From: Clostridia bacterium
GTDB lineage: Bacteria; Bacillota; Clostridia; TANB77; CAG-508
NCBI GenBank assembly: GCA_017536685.1
Contig: JAFXGW010000011.1
Location: 25,958 to 89,957 of the forward strand
DNA: 64,000 nucleotides
Direction: 5' to 3'
Part shown: positions 9,965 through 18,911 of the stretch, in pieces
Position numbering within the stretch: position 1 is the first letter of the stretch
Layout of the letters: every line of letters begins with the position of its first letter
Notes under the pieces: model-generated
Databases searched by the model: none
What the model was told of the DNA's origin: nothing
Seen by the model: the letters and a program-made list of their open reading frames with translations, nothing else
Position numbers and translations under genes: made by a program

Positions 9965-12043
9965 TTATCGTTCATCGTCATCATCATCTTTATTAAACAA
10001 CCTATTTAAACCTGCTTTTATATTAGGAAATGTTTTTACAATAAGAGATGAATCTCTTAGATTTTTAGCTCTCTGACTCAATCTTCCAATCGTTTTATTT
10101 TTTTTAGACTTCCTTGTAGCAATAGCATTATCTAATTTTTTTTCAAATTCCACTTGTCTTTCTAAATTACACTCTTGTTCTAGCTCTGATAATTGCTTAT
10201 ATATATCTAATACATCAAACAATTTGTCATATGTTTCGTAAGCAAAACCTTCTAATGTTTTACTAGAATCCAAAGAAAGTCTTGAAATATTTAAACCTAC
10301 ATTAATTAATCGACCTGTTGGTTCTAATCTCACCCTATCTAGTTTATCTGCATCTGTAAAAAGCCATAATATTTTAGCATACTTTTCTTGTATTTCATCT
10401 GGCAAATCGGCAACAATCCTCGTATTTTCTTTAGAACTTATTGAGTGTTGCGATATAACAAATTTTATTAGTTCTTGTTCTTCACGAGTAAAATCTTGTA
10501 GTCTATGACTAGAATCCTCAAGTTTTCTTGCACTTCTATACCCATGTATTTCATCTTCCCAGTCATGAAATCTACCAATATCATGATTCTTGGCAATTTG
10601 GAATATTATATCACGTTCTCTTCCTGTTACATCTTCCATTTCCATAAGAATCGTTGCCAAAAAATTTACTCTTCTTGTATGTTCAAAACCGTGAGTAAAA
10701 CTAGGAAATTGCTGATCATCCATACAAATTTCTTCATCTTGTTTTAATAATTCTGAAAGTTTCCCTGTCTGTTCAAGCTTACTTATAGCTTCTTTTAATG
10801 TTATACTAGATTTTGCCCCATCTCTTTTTGAAAAACTTCTCAAAAAAACTTCATTTAATTGATTTTTTAAATCATCTATCTTTTTTACATTTTCTGTTTT
10901 AATCTTTAAAAATTTTCTGTAAATTTCTTCTAGTTCTTCTAATGTTTTTTCAGGTGTAATAGTTCCCATTAATTGTTCTATATTCGGTTCACCCTTATAA
11001 AAACAATTTTCATACATAAGATCTCCTATTTTTAGTCCTTTTTTTCTAGCAAATAATTGTTTCATTTCAAATTCATCCATCATTTCCACAATACCTATTA
11101 TAGCTTCGTTTGGAATTTCGTTTGAAGCAATGACTAAATTTTCAAAATTATTTGTTTCATCTGCATCTCCAGCTTTATCTGTAAAAAAGCCATCTAATCT
11201 TATTCTAGGCATATTCCATTTTATAAGTTCATTTAATACATAAGTATTCCCTTCATGAAATTCTTTGTATCCTATATTTACATTCTTCAGCTTTTCCATA
11301 CTAAGAAGAACAAATGCCGGCCTATTACTACAATAATATTCAGTTAAAGCTTTAGCAGCCTCTATTGCTTTTATATATTGTATCGACTTCTTATCTGAAA
11401 TTTTTTTATCAATTTTGTTTTTCAAAACTCTCATTATATAAGTTTTTTTCGTTTCTCCAACCACTATAGGTTCTGCCATTCCCTCTTGTGAAGATTGTTT
11501 AGCTGGTCCCAAATAAAATCTTTCAGGAGATTTCTTTAAAGTATAATGTATTGTTTTTGTTCCAGGCGAAGATACAAAAACTGCATGAGCTCCTTCAGGA
11601 AGTTTAGCATTATATCCACTACTTATCGCATAGGTACTTTTTCCTAATACTCCTTCCAAAAATTCTAATTTTTTTCTCATTTCCTCAACTTGCCTTTTTT
11701 CTTTACCTGGCATCAAATTCATATAATTAAAGCCATATTTCTCTAATCTATGTCTTTTACTTCCGTTAAAAGCATGTGTTAATACTCCATTTTCAATTAT
11801 ATGTTTATAACTTGCAGTATCTCTAAATTCACTATATATTTCTTTGCTTCGTAGTTCAATTTCTTGATATGAATAATTTGTTCTTGAATCTTTTGTTGCG
11901 ATATAATAACATAATACTTTTGAAAGTCTTTTTTCTATAACTTCTGATGTATAAGTTTTTAATCCATTCATTAAACTTAAAATAAACTTTTTATTTCCAA
12001 AAACTTTATTTAGAGTTTCTGCAAGATTTTCGGTTCGATTCAT
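9965..12043 (-). CDS. large cytoplasmic protein with C-terminal HD-domain phosphohydrolase module and poly-Asp tail
   Basis: 692 aa. HD motif region FTHGFEHTRRV...NHDIGRFHD...HGYRSARKL. N-terminal ~450 aa unrecognised. Ends NKDDDDDER. Confidence 0.5.
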   Translation of the reverse strand: MNRTENLAETLNKVFGNKKFILSLMNGLKTYTSEVIEKRLSKVLCYYIATKDSRTNYSYQEIELRSKEIYSEFRDTASYKHIIENGVLTHAFNGSKRHRLEKYGFNYMNLMPGKEKRQVEEMRKKLEFLEGVLGKSTYAISSGYNAKLPEGAHAVFVSSPGTKTIHYTLKKSPERFYLGPAKQSSQEGMAEPIVVGETKKTYIMRVLKNKIDKKISDKKSIQYIKAIEAAKALTEYYCSNRPAFVLLSMEKLKNVNIGYKEFHEGNTYVLNELIKWNMPRIRLDGFFTDKAGDADETNNFENLVIASNEIPNEAIIGIVEMMDEFEMKQLFARKKGLKIGDLMYENCFYKGEPNIEQLMGTITPEKTLEELEEIYRKFLKIKTENVKKIDDLKNQLNEVFLRSFSKRDGAKSSITLKEAISKLEQTGKLSELLKQDEEICMDDQQFPSFTHGFEHTRRVNFLATILMEMEDVTGRERDIIFQIAKNHDIGRFHDWEDEIHGYRSARKLEDSSHRLQDFTREEQELIKFVISQHSISSKENTRIVADLPDEIQEKYAKILWLFTDADKLDRVRLEPTGRLINVGLNISRLSLDSSKTLEGFAYETYDKLFDVLDIYKQLSELEQECNLERQVEFEKKLDNAIATRKSKKNKTIGRLSQRAKNLRDSSLIVKTFPNIKAGLNRLFNKDDDDDER

Positions 12044-12051
12044 TATAACTC

Positions 12052-12360
12052 CTATAATTTGCTTATAATCTCTTCTAATTCACTTTTTGAATGAAATCCT
12101 ACAACTTCTTTCACTTTATTTCCATTTTTGAAAAATATTAAAGTAGGAATACTCATAACTCCATATTCTATAGCTAAATCTTGGTTGTCATCAACGTTAA
12201 CTTTACCAACTTTAACAATTCCTTGTTTGGCTATATCTTCTACAACTGGTGCAATCATTTGACAAGGTCCACACCATGTTGCCCAAAAATCTACTAATAC
12301 TGTTTTATCAGATTTTAAAACTTCTTTTTCGAAATTTTCTTTATTTAAATTTACTTCCAT
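12052..12360 (-). CDS. trxA: thioredoxin
   Basis: 102 aa. Active site WATWCGPCQ. Confidence 0.9.
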   Translation of the reverse strand: MEVNLNKENFEKEVLKSDKTVLVDFWATWCGPCQMIAPVVEDIAKQGIVKVGKVNVDDNQDLAIEYGVMSIPTLIFFKNGNKVKEVVGFHSKSELEEIISKL

Positions 12361-12421
12361 AAAAATACCTCCTTTACTATTGCTTTATTTATTGTCTGTA
12401 TTTTATCTTTTTTAATTCAAA

Positions 12422-12619
12422 TTATTTTGACTTGTAATAAAGCATACAATGACAATATCCTTCAAATTCTGGATCTGCAATTTGCTCTCTAAACTCTTTA
12501 CACATACACATTGTATCTTCATTCATTTCCAATCTACAAGGACAATGTCCGTCTTTCTTTTTTAATCCTTCTCTTATTGCGTTTACTACTTTTTCATTAT
12601 CATTAAATCTTATTTCCAT
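12422..12619 (-). CDS. ferredoxin:thioredoxin reductase catalytic-subunit-like small Cys protein
   Basis: 65 aa. CPCR ... CMC ... CHCMLY Cys cluster, the same pattern as the FtrC/FtrB catalytic chain. Sits immediately upstream of trxA. Confidence 0.65.
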   Translation of the reverse strand: MEIRFNDNEKVVNAIREGLKKKDGHCPCRLEMNEDTMCMCKEFREQIADPEFEGYCHCMLYYKSK

Positions 12620-12633
12620 ATTGGTTTCTCCAT

Positions 12634-13479
12634 TTATTTAGCGTTTATATATTCCTTTAGTTTTTCTAAACATTTTTTTCCATCTTCTAATCCTAAGTCA
12701 TACATTTCTTGAAGCTTCTCTGGATCTTTTTCAATTCTTTTTACATTAACAAGTCTTGATGGCCTAATTACAAATATTTCTTTTTTATTTTCCATATCTA
12801 TAATTTTTTCTACTGTTTCATTATACATTTTGTATCTATTGTTTAATGTTTTTGCAAATTTAGGATATTTTCTATAAAAGGTTTTTGCAAAAATTTCTTT
12901 TGGCTTTTTCTTTCTATAATCTAAAGGTCTTGTAAGAACAACTATTATTTTATCATATCCAAGTTCTTTACATTTTTCTACTGGAATACTATCTGAAATT
13001 CCACCATCTAAATATTTTCCGGACTCTAATTCTACAATTTTTGAAACATATGGCATAGCAGAAGTTGCTCTTAATACTTCTATTTGAGCGAATAAATCTT
13101 CAAGTTTTATATATTCTGCTTCTCCTGTTTCAATATTAGTTACAGTAGCCCAAAAATCTATTTTTGATTTAATAAATGTATCATTATCAAACACATCTAG
13201 TTTTTGAGGAACTTCGTAAAAAGAAAATTCTTTATTAATTACATTTCCAGTTGTTAAAAGCGACCAAAGTCCCATATATCTTTTATCATTAATAAATCTT
13301 TTGTTATATCTTATTACTCTTCCTTTTTGCTTTGACAAATAATTTACTCCAAATAAAACTCCTGCTGAAACACCTATTATTCCATCAACTTCTATATTGT
13401 TATCTAAGAAAGTGTCTAATACTCCAGCTGTGTACATGCCACGCATTGCTCCACCTTCTAATACTAATCCTATTTTCAT
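12634..13479 (-). CDS. patatin-like phospholipase
   Basis: 281 aa. Oxyanion GGAMRG and nucleophile elbow GVSAG. Catalytic DGG near residue 160. Confidence 0.8.
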   Translation of the reverse strand: MKIGLVLEGGAMRGMYTAGVLDTFLDNNIEVDGIIGVSAGVLFGVNYLSKQKGRVIRYNKRFINDKRYMGLWSLLTTGNVINKEFSFYEVPQKLDVFDNDTFIKSKIDFWATVTNIETGEAEYIKLEDLFAQIEVLRATSAMPYVSKIVELESGKYLDGGISDSIPVEKCKELGYDKIIVVLTRPLDYRKKKPKEIFAKTFYRKYPKFAKTLNNRYKMYNETVEKIIDMENKKEIFVIRPSRLVNVKRIEKDPEKLQEMYDLGLEDGKKCLEKLKEYINAK

Positions 13480-13548
13480 TTTTAGCCTCTCTCATTTTGA
13501 ATGAATATTTATAGAAAATAATCATTTTAATAAATATTATTGAATTTA

Positions 13549-13932
13549 TTATTCTACAATTTTTTTCCATAAACCATGTTTGTTACAATATGCGTATAAA
13601 ACAGATCCTTTAATATAAGGAAATCTTGTTTCTGTAGATTGTTCTGGGAATAATCTTACTCTTGTTGTTCTATTATCTGTAACTTGAGCAATCCACATAA
13701 TATAATGTTCTTTTTCCATTGGATGTTCTACTTCTCCAACTCTTACAACTATTTCATCTTCAACTAATTCATATGCTGGAACATGTTTTTCAACAGATGC
13801 ATCTTGAGTATTTGCTACCATTAGTTCCATTGGTTTTCCGCAACATGTAACATGAGCCATATCTCCATCTATTAATCCTATAACATTGCCACAAATTGGG
13901 CATCTATAAAATCTTACATTTTCTTCTTTCAT
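13549..13932 (-). CDS. dfx: desulfoferrodoxin / superoxide reductase
   Basis: 127 aa. N-terminal desulforedoxin-type CxxC...CC (CPICGN...TCCG). C-terminal SOR centre (EKHVP...EHPMEKEHYIMW...C). Confidence 0.85.
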   Translation of the reverse strand: MKEENVRFYRCPICGNVIGLIDGDMAHVTCCGKPMELMVANTQDASVEKHVPAYELVEDEIVVRVGEVEHPMEKEHYIMWIAQVTDNRTTRVRLFPEQSTETRFPYIKGSVLYAYCNKHGLWKKIVE

Positions 13933-14117
13933 AATAAATACCTCCTAAAATTTAATTAGTTATTAAATAACTTTTTTGTAAAATGATATTATCATAAAAA
14001 TATTTTCTTAGCAATTATCTAATAAAATATTCATATAAAAATTACAATCCATGTTATTTATTTTAAAATAAAAAAACAAAAGACTAATACTGTAATTCGC
14101 ATTAGTCTTTAAAAAAT

Positions 14118-15215
14118 TTATTTACATTCAAGTTCGGCAACTAATTCTTCAGCTTTATATAAATTATATTTTCCTTCTTGTAATTTCGAAGAACTTATAA
14201 TAATTGTTTTAAAACTATCATCTGCTATAAAAGATACAACTTCTTCTCCTTTACTATCTTTTAATACAAGCTGACTTCCACTATCTATTTTTGAAGATAA
14301 ATTTTGAGCAATTACTTTTTGTTTAGAATTGCTTAATGGTTTTTCAAGCATATCTGATCCAAGAGCAATTAGCTCTCCTCCATTTATTGTTGTTCCTTCA
14401 TCAGCATCAACACCAGCGTCTCCACCTTTTGAAGAACCTATTGTATAAACTTTTCCACCATTTATAACGATGTTTTTATTTGAATCAATTCCATCTCCAC
14501 TAGCTTTAATATAGACTGTGCCATCATTTATCTTTATAGTACCTCCATCTCCACCAGCGTTTAATCCATCATCATTTGATACTATTTTAATATTTCCACC
14601 ATCTATTGTTAAATCATTTGTTTCAGTAGCAATTCCTTCGCCTTCTTCTTGATTTCCATATACTTCTAAAATCCCTGTTCCTTTAAAAGTAAGCGGTCCT
14701 GCTGAATAAACACAAGCATCATATTCACTTGAGCCACCATCAGAAAAAACATTTGTCGTTCCTTCTAATAAATTTATTGTTAATGGATTTGTTGAAATAT
14801 TTGCTAGAGCTGCTGTTAATTTATTTTCTACTTTAGCATTGTCTAAATTTAAAGTAACTTCTCCATCAGCATCTATTAAAACTGTATTTCCAAATTCTCC
14901 TGTTAAAGTATAATTCCCTGCTTCAGTTATTGTTATATTTGTAGTATGCTCACTTAAATTAATTATTTCTGTATTTACATTTTCACCTGCTTCTACATCT
15001 TCTGCTTTAGTAGTTCTTTCTATTTCTTCTTCAAATGGCATTTTTCCATCTCTAGGCATTTCAGGAAGTTTTCCATCTTCCATCATTTTTTGCATCATTT
15101 TATCTCTGTTTTCAAAATCTTTTCTTACAGAAATTCTTCCACAAAAAAACATAACTATACAAAGCACTATAATTGATAAAATCATAATAATATTTTTTAT
15201 AATTCTTTTTGTCAT
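14118..15215 (-). CDS. membrane-anchored secreted protein with parallel beta-helix repeats (Cthe_2159-like carbohydrate-binding-domain family)
   Basis: 365 aa. N-terminal TM anchor, then repeated GxxxIxGG / NDGTVYI / INGGKVY beta-helix rungs. Confidence 0.45.
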   Translation of the reverse strand: MTKRIIKNIIMILSIIVLCIVMFFCGRISVRKDFENRDKMMQKMMEDGKLPEMPRDGKMPFEEEIERTTKAEDVEAGENVNTEIINLSEHTTNITITEAGNYTLTGEFGNTVLIDADGEVTLNLDNAKVENKLTAALANISTNPLTINLLEGTTNVFSDGGSSEYDACVYSAGPLTFKGTGILEVYGNQEEGEGIATETNDLTIDGGNIKIVSNDDGLNAGGDGGTIKINDGTVYIKASGDGIDSNKNIVINGGKVYTIGSSKGGDAGVDADEGTTINGGELIALGSDMLEKPLSNSKQKVIAQNLSSKIDSGSQLVLKDSKGEEVVSFIADDSFKTIIISSSKLQEGKYNLYKAEELVAELECK

Positions 15216-15357
15216 CGATTCTTCCTCCTTAGAATTTATAAATTAAATATAAAATATAATTATTAAATTAATCTTAAAATTAATTATATTTTATATTTAA
15301 TTGAACTTATTTTAAAGTATTTTTTATTTATATTTTACTATTTATATAATTCTCTAT

Positions 15358-15390
15358 AAAAAAGCGAAAACCAGAAGGCAGCCCTTCTGG
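15358..15390 (-). terminator. rho-independent terminator
   Basis: Hairpin ccagaaggGCTGccttctgg, followed on the minus strand by TTTTCGCTTTTT. Confidence 0.55.
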
Positions 15391-15415
15391 TCGTTTGCTG
15401 GGTATGGAACAATAA

Positions 15416-16549
15416 TTATTTTATTCCTTTTTCATCTAGTTTTTGGTATACATTTTGTTTGAATAATGTATATAAAACTGAAGCTGTTGGAAGTCCTAAA
15501 AGCATACCTATTATTCCAAACAAGTCTCCCCCTACAGCAACTGAAACTAATACCCAAATTCCTGGTAATCCAACTGAATTTCCAACTACCTTTGGATAAA
15601 TTAAGTTTCCTTCAATTTGTTGTAATATTAATATGTAAATAATAAATGTAATAACTTTAACAGGTTCTACTGAAAGTATTAGTACAGCACCTATTATAAT
15701 TCCTATAAAAGCACCAACAATCGGAATTAAAGCTGTAACACCTATTAAAACACCTATTGGAACAGCATAAGGAACTTTTAAAATTAACATTCCGATTATA
15801 CTTAAACTACCAAGAATTGTAGCTTCTAAGCATTGTCCAGATATAAATCTTCTAAATATATTTCTTGCTATTCTTCCAATATCTATAATCTTTTCAGCCT
15901 CTTCTTTTTCATTATATGCATATAAAATCTTTTTGGCTTGTCCTTTTAATTTATCTTTACTAGTTAATATGTATGCTGCAAACACAATTGAAACAACTGC
16001 ATTTACTACAGAACCAATTATATTTCCAACAAAAGAAACTGATGTAGATAAAAAGCTTGTTGCTAAGTTTTTAACTTGTTCTTGTAATTCTTTATTGTTT
16101 ATATCTATTCCTTTTATAATTTCATTTATTTGAGGAACATCTTGTGTTATATTAGTTGCGATATTTTTAAGTTCTGCACCATAATATGGTAATTTTTCAA
16201 TTAGTAATGTAATAATGTTAATTATTTCTGGCAATATTAAATTAACAATTAACGTTAAAATAAGTGCAATTACAAGTATTGCTAGAATTAAAGAAACAGT
16301 TCTTATAAAACCTTTTCCTAATTTTTTTCCTTTTTTAGTTTTAAATTTCGATAATTTTTCTTCAAAGAATCCCATTGGTAGATTTAGGATAAATGCAATA
16401 GCAGCTCCTATAACAAAAGGACTTATTATACTTATTATTTTTCCAATAATATCTCCAACAACTTTTACATTTTCTACAATTAAATATCCAAATAAAGCTA
16501 TAAATATAATTTTTGCCCATTTTTTTATTTCTTGTTTTTCTGTATTCAT
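15416..16549 (-). CDS. AI-2E family transporter (PerM/YtvI-like permease)
   Basis: 377 aa. About 8 TM helices. Overall composition and length typical of the AI-2E family. Conserved G-rich C-terminal helices. Confidence 0.7.
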   Translation of the reverse strand: MNTEKQEIKKWAKIIFIALFGYLIVENVKVVGDIIGKIISIISPFVIGAAIAFILNLPMGFFEEKLSKFKTKKGKKLGKGFIRTVSLILAILVIALILTLIVNLILPEIINIITLLIEKLPYYGAELKNIATNITQDVPQINEIIKGIDINNKELQEQVKNLATSFLSTSVSFVGNIIGSVVNAVVSIVFAAYILTSKDKLKGQAKKILYAYNEKEEAEKIIDIGRIARNIFRRFISGQCLEATILGSLSIIGMLILKVPYAVPIGVLIGVTALIPIVGAFIGIIIGAVLILSVEPVKVITFIIYILILQQIEGNLIYPKVVGNSVGLPGIWVLVSVAVGGDLFGIIGMLLGLPTASVLYTLFKQNVYQKLDEKGIK

Positions 16550-16680
16550 AAAATTCTCCTTATTACTTTTTAATTTTTATATCATTGTTTTGTTAATTTT
16601 TTGTGAATTATTAACGTATTATAAATTATATCATATATTTAAAATGTTGTAATCATCTTTTTTGTAAATATACAAGAAAA

Positions 16681-16725
16681 CCTTGCACAGCAGATTACTG
16701 CATTATGCAAGGTTTCTTATTCTTC
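16681..16725 (-). terminator. hairpin terminator at the edge of the GC-rich islet
   Basis: ccttgcataatgcagtaatctgctgtgcaagg on the minus strand, followed by TTTTCTTGT. Confidence 0.45.
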
Positions 16726-16742
16726 ATCTTGAGGATGACCAA

Positions 16743-17648
16743 TCACTTAAGATTTTCGAGTTTTTTCATTGTAGCACAGCATGCCTTTCTGTTGATGTCA
16801 CAGAATACGCCTTTTCTTCCCAGCCGTTTAGCAACAACAGCGGTTGTTCCTCCACCCATAAAAAAGTCTGCAACCGTATCCCCTTCATTACTGCAGGTAG
16901 AGATGATTCTTTCCAACACCGCATCCGGTTTCGGAGTATCGTATACCTCAGCGACATCAGTCCTGGTGTAATCATCCAGCATGCAATCTTCATACCAGAG
17001 ATTTCCAACAGGAACAACAGTGCTGAATCGATATGGCAACCCGTTAATGATTTGCACCTGATTCTTCTTAACCATATCATCAAACTGCTTCTGGCTGATA
17101 AGCCAATGTTTGTTTCTCTTCTCCAGATTGATTTCTTCGCCATTGAAAATTCTGATTTCAGAACGGCCTTCGAGATAGCCGTTTTCAAAAAGTGGAACTA
17201 CTCTTGGAGAAGTTCCGTGCTGTTCTTTGAAAACAAAGTTTCCAGAATCCTTCACGTAGTAAAGGATGATGTCCACTTGAGAATCAAAGTTTGCATAGAA
17301 TCCTCTTTCCGCACTATGCTTTCTGTAGATTCTGTTTCTGAAGTTTCTCTCTCCAAAAATTTCATCCATCAGAATTCGCATATAGGAATCCAGGCGCCAA
17401 TTGCAATGAATGAAAATCGAACCATTGTCTGCTAAGACTCTCTTCATTTCCTCAAAGCGAGGTCTGTACCATTCCATAGCTTCTTTCGGCGAACCAAGGT
17501 TGTCACTGTAATCATCAAACACTTTTCCTGTGTTATAAAGGATGTCACAGTAGATAAGGTTTATGCTACGATCAGGAAGCCTCCGTAAAAGCTCAATGTT
17601 GTCCTCTTGGTAGATTTTTATTCCACCATCTTGATAATATAGGCTCAT
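16743..17648 (-). CDS. beta-class (YhdJ-like) N6-adenine/N4-cytosine DNA methyltransferase, solitary, with variant catalytic motif
   Basis: Start moved to ATG with RBS AAAGGGG, reading MSLYYQ. N-terminal IKIYQEDNIELLRRLPDRSINLIYCDILYNTGKVFD aligns to YhdJ [34 protein letters not shown]. C-terminal SAM motif FFMGGGTTAVVAKRLGRKGVFCDIN. G+C is clearly higher than in the neighbours. Confidence 0.8.
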   Translation of the reverse strand: MSLYYQDGGIKIYQEDNIELLRRLPDRSINLIYCDILYNTGKVFDDYSDNLGSPKEAMEWYRPRFEEMKRVLADNGSIFIHCNWRLDSYMRILMDEIFGERNFRNRIYRKHSAERGFYANFDSQVDIILYYVKDSGNFVFKEQHGTSPRVVPLFENGYLEGRSEIRIFNGEEINLEKRNKHWLISQKQFDDMVKKNQVQIINGLPYRFSTVVPVGNLWYEDCMLDDYTRTDVAEVYDTPKPDAVLERIISTCSNEGDTVADFFMGGGTTAVVAKRLGRKGVFCDINRKACCATMKKLENLK

Positions 17649-17765
17649 ATTATAACCCCTTTCCATATGTGATTGTTTTTATGTTAACTTTTGGTCATTT
17701 TTAGTATACTATATTTTTTCTTGTTTTTCAAGTATTTAGCACTCTTCACTTATTTATTCAAAACA

Positions 17766-17804
17766 TAAAAAATAGGGTATAAAAATTTATACCCTATTTT
17801 TTCT
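17766..17804 (-). terminator. bidirectional rho-independent terminator
   Basis: Perfect 10-bp stem atagggtata/tataccctat with loop aaaatt, flanked by A-run and T-run. Confidence 0.6.
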
Positions 17805-17816
17805 TTTCATTTTTAA

Positions 17817-18899
17817 TTATTTTAAAACATTTTGATTTAATATCAAACTACTATATAAAAATAACACATCTTGATTTTCAAATTCGATAAATCTATCTAA
17901 TATTTCACTTGAAATATATCTTAAATCAATTAAAGTTATTGTTTTATAATTCTCAACTAAAAGTGGTGCAAAACTACTTCCAAAAGAATCTCTAAAAAGT
18001 AATAATTCTTTATCAGTTTTTGCATTTATATTTGTCATTTTGATTAAAGGAGTTGCTCCTGATAAATAAATATCATACTTATCATTTGTCTCTTTTCTGT
18101 CGTAAACTTCTCCTTCTTTTTGAGTTTCAAAGTTATATGTAATAGAATTTTTTATTGTATCATTTGTTAAAATATACATATCATCTGGCTCTACTTTGCT
18201 TGCTATTTGTCCATAGTATGTACCATAAAATTTTCCTACATTTTCTTTTGCATAATCAATATCAGATACAATATCTTGTCCCATACTTGTGCTAATCTTA
18301 TCAGCCACTTTTAAAATATTTTCTTGTCTCCAATGTATATCTGTTTTGTAATAATCTTCTAATTTTAATTCATTCAATATACTTATGTATTCAAACTTGT
18401 TTGAATTATATAAATTGTCTTTCATTATATCTTCTATTTTATTGTAATCCATTAATAAATGTTCATCATTTAAATAATAGTTTTTCTCTGGAATTATTGA
18501 AAAATAAACTTTTTTACCAGTCAAATATTTATCATAAACATTCTTTATTTTTTCTGCATTTTTTCTAACATTTGTTTCACTTAAAGGATACTCCATCTTA
18601 TAAAGAGCACCATCTTTTTCAAACATTTTATTATTATCCTTTTGTCTGAATATGTTTATACTCCAAAATGATTTTACATTTTTTAATAAATCTCTCCCTA
18701 CAAATTGATCTTGTGTATAATCTTCAAACTCCTCTGTCCATTTCCCATTTATTAAATCTTCAGAATTAATTTCAGGAAACTTCGCAAGTTTTCTTCTTTC
18801 TGATATAGAAATATCAGTATCTTTTACAATTAAATTCGTAAAAAATATTCCAAATAAACAAATTATAAAACTAATTGTAATAATCTTATTTTTCATCAA
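17817..18899 (-). CDS. DHHW-family (AlgX/AlgJ-like) extracytoplasmic protein, partner of MBOAT acyltransferase
   Basis: 360 aa. N-terminal TM anchor. DIHW motif (KTDIHWRQ). Encoded immediately downstream of an MBOAT gene, as in DltB/DltD- and AlgI/AlgJ-type pairs. Confidence 0.5.
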   Translation of the reverse strand: MMKNKIITISFIICLFGIFFTNLIVKDTDISISERRKLAKFPEINSEDLINGKWTEEFEDYTQDQFVGRDLLKNVKSFWSINIFRQKDNNKMFEKDGALYKMEYPLSETNVRKNAEKIKNVYDKYLTGKKVYFSIIPEKNYYLNDEHLLMDYNKIEDIMKDNLYNSNKFEYISILNELKLEDYYKTDIHWRQENILKVADKISTSMGQDIVSDIDYAKENVGKFYGTYYGQIASKVEPDDMYILTNDTIKNSITYNFETQKEGEVYDRKETNDKYDIYLSGATPLIKMTNINAKTDKELLLFRDSFGSSFAPLLVENYKTITLIDLRYISSEILDRFIEFENQDVLFLYSSLILNQNVLK

Positions 18900-18911
18900 G
18901 TTTCCTCCATT

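Noticed and set aside
16683-17435. 250-aa, 88-aa and 140-aa ORFs on both strands overlapping the methyltransferase gene
   Set aside because: They are a by-product of the locally elevated G+C (fewer stop codons). They have no RBS or recognisable motifs, and the MTase frame has clear family motifs.
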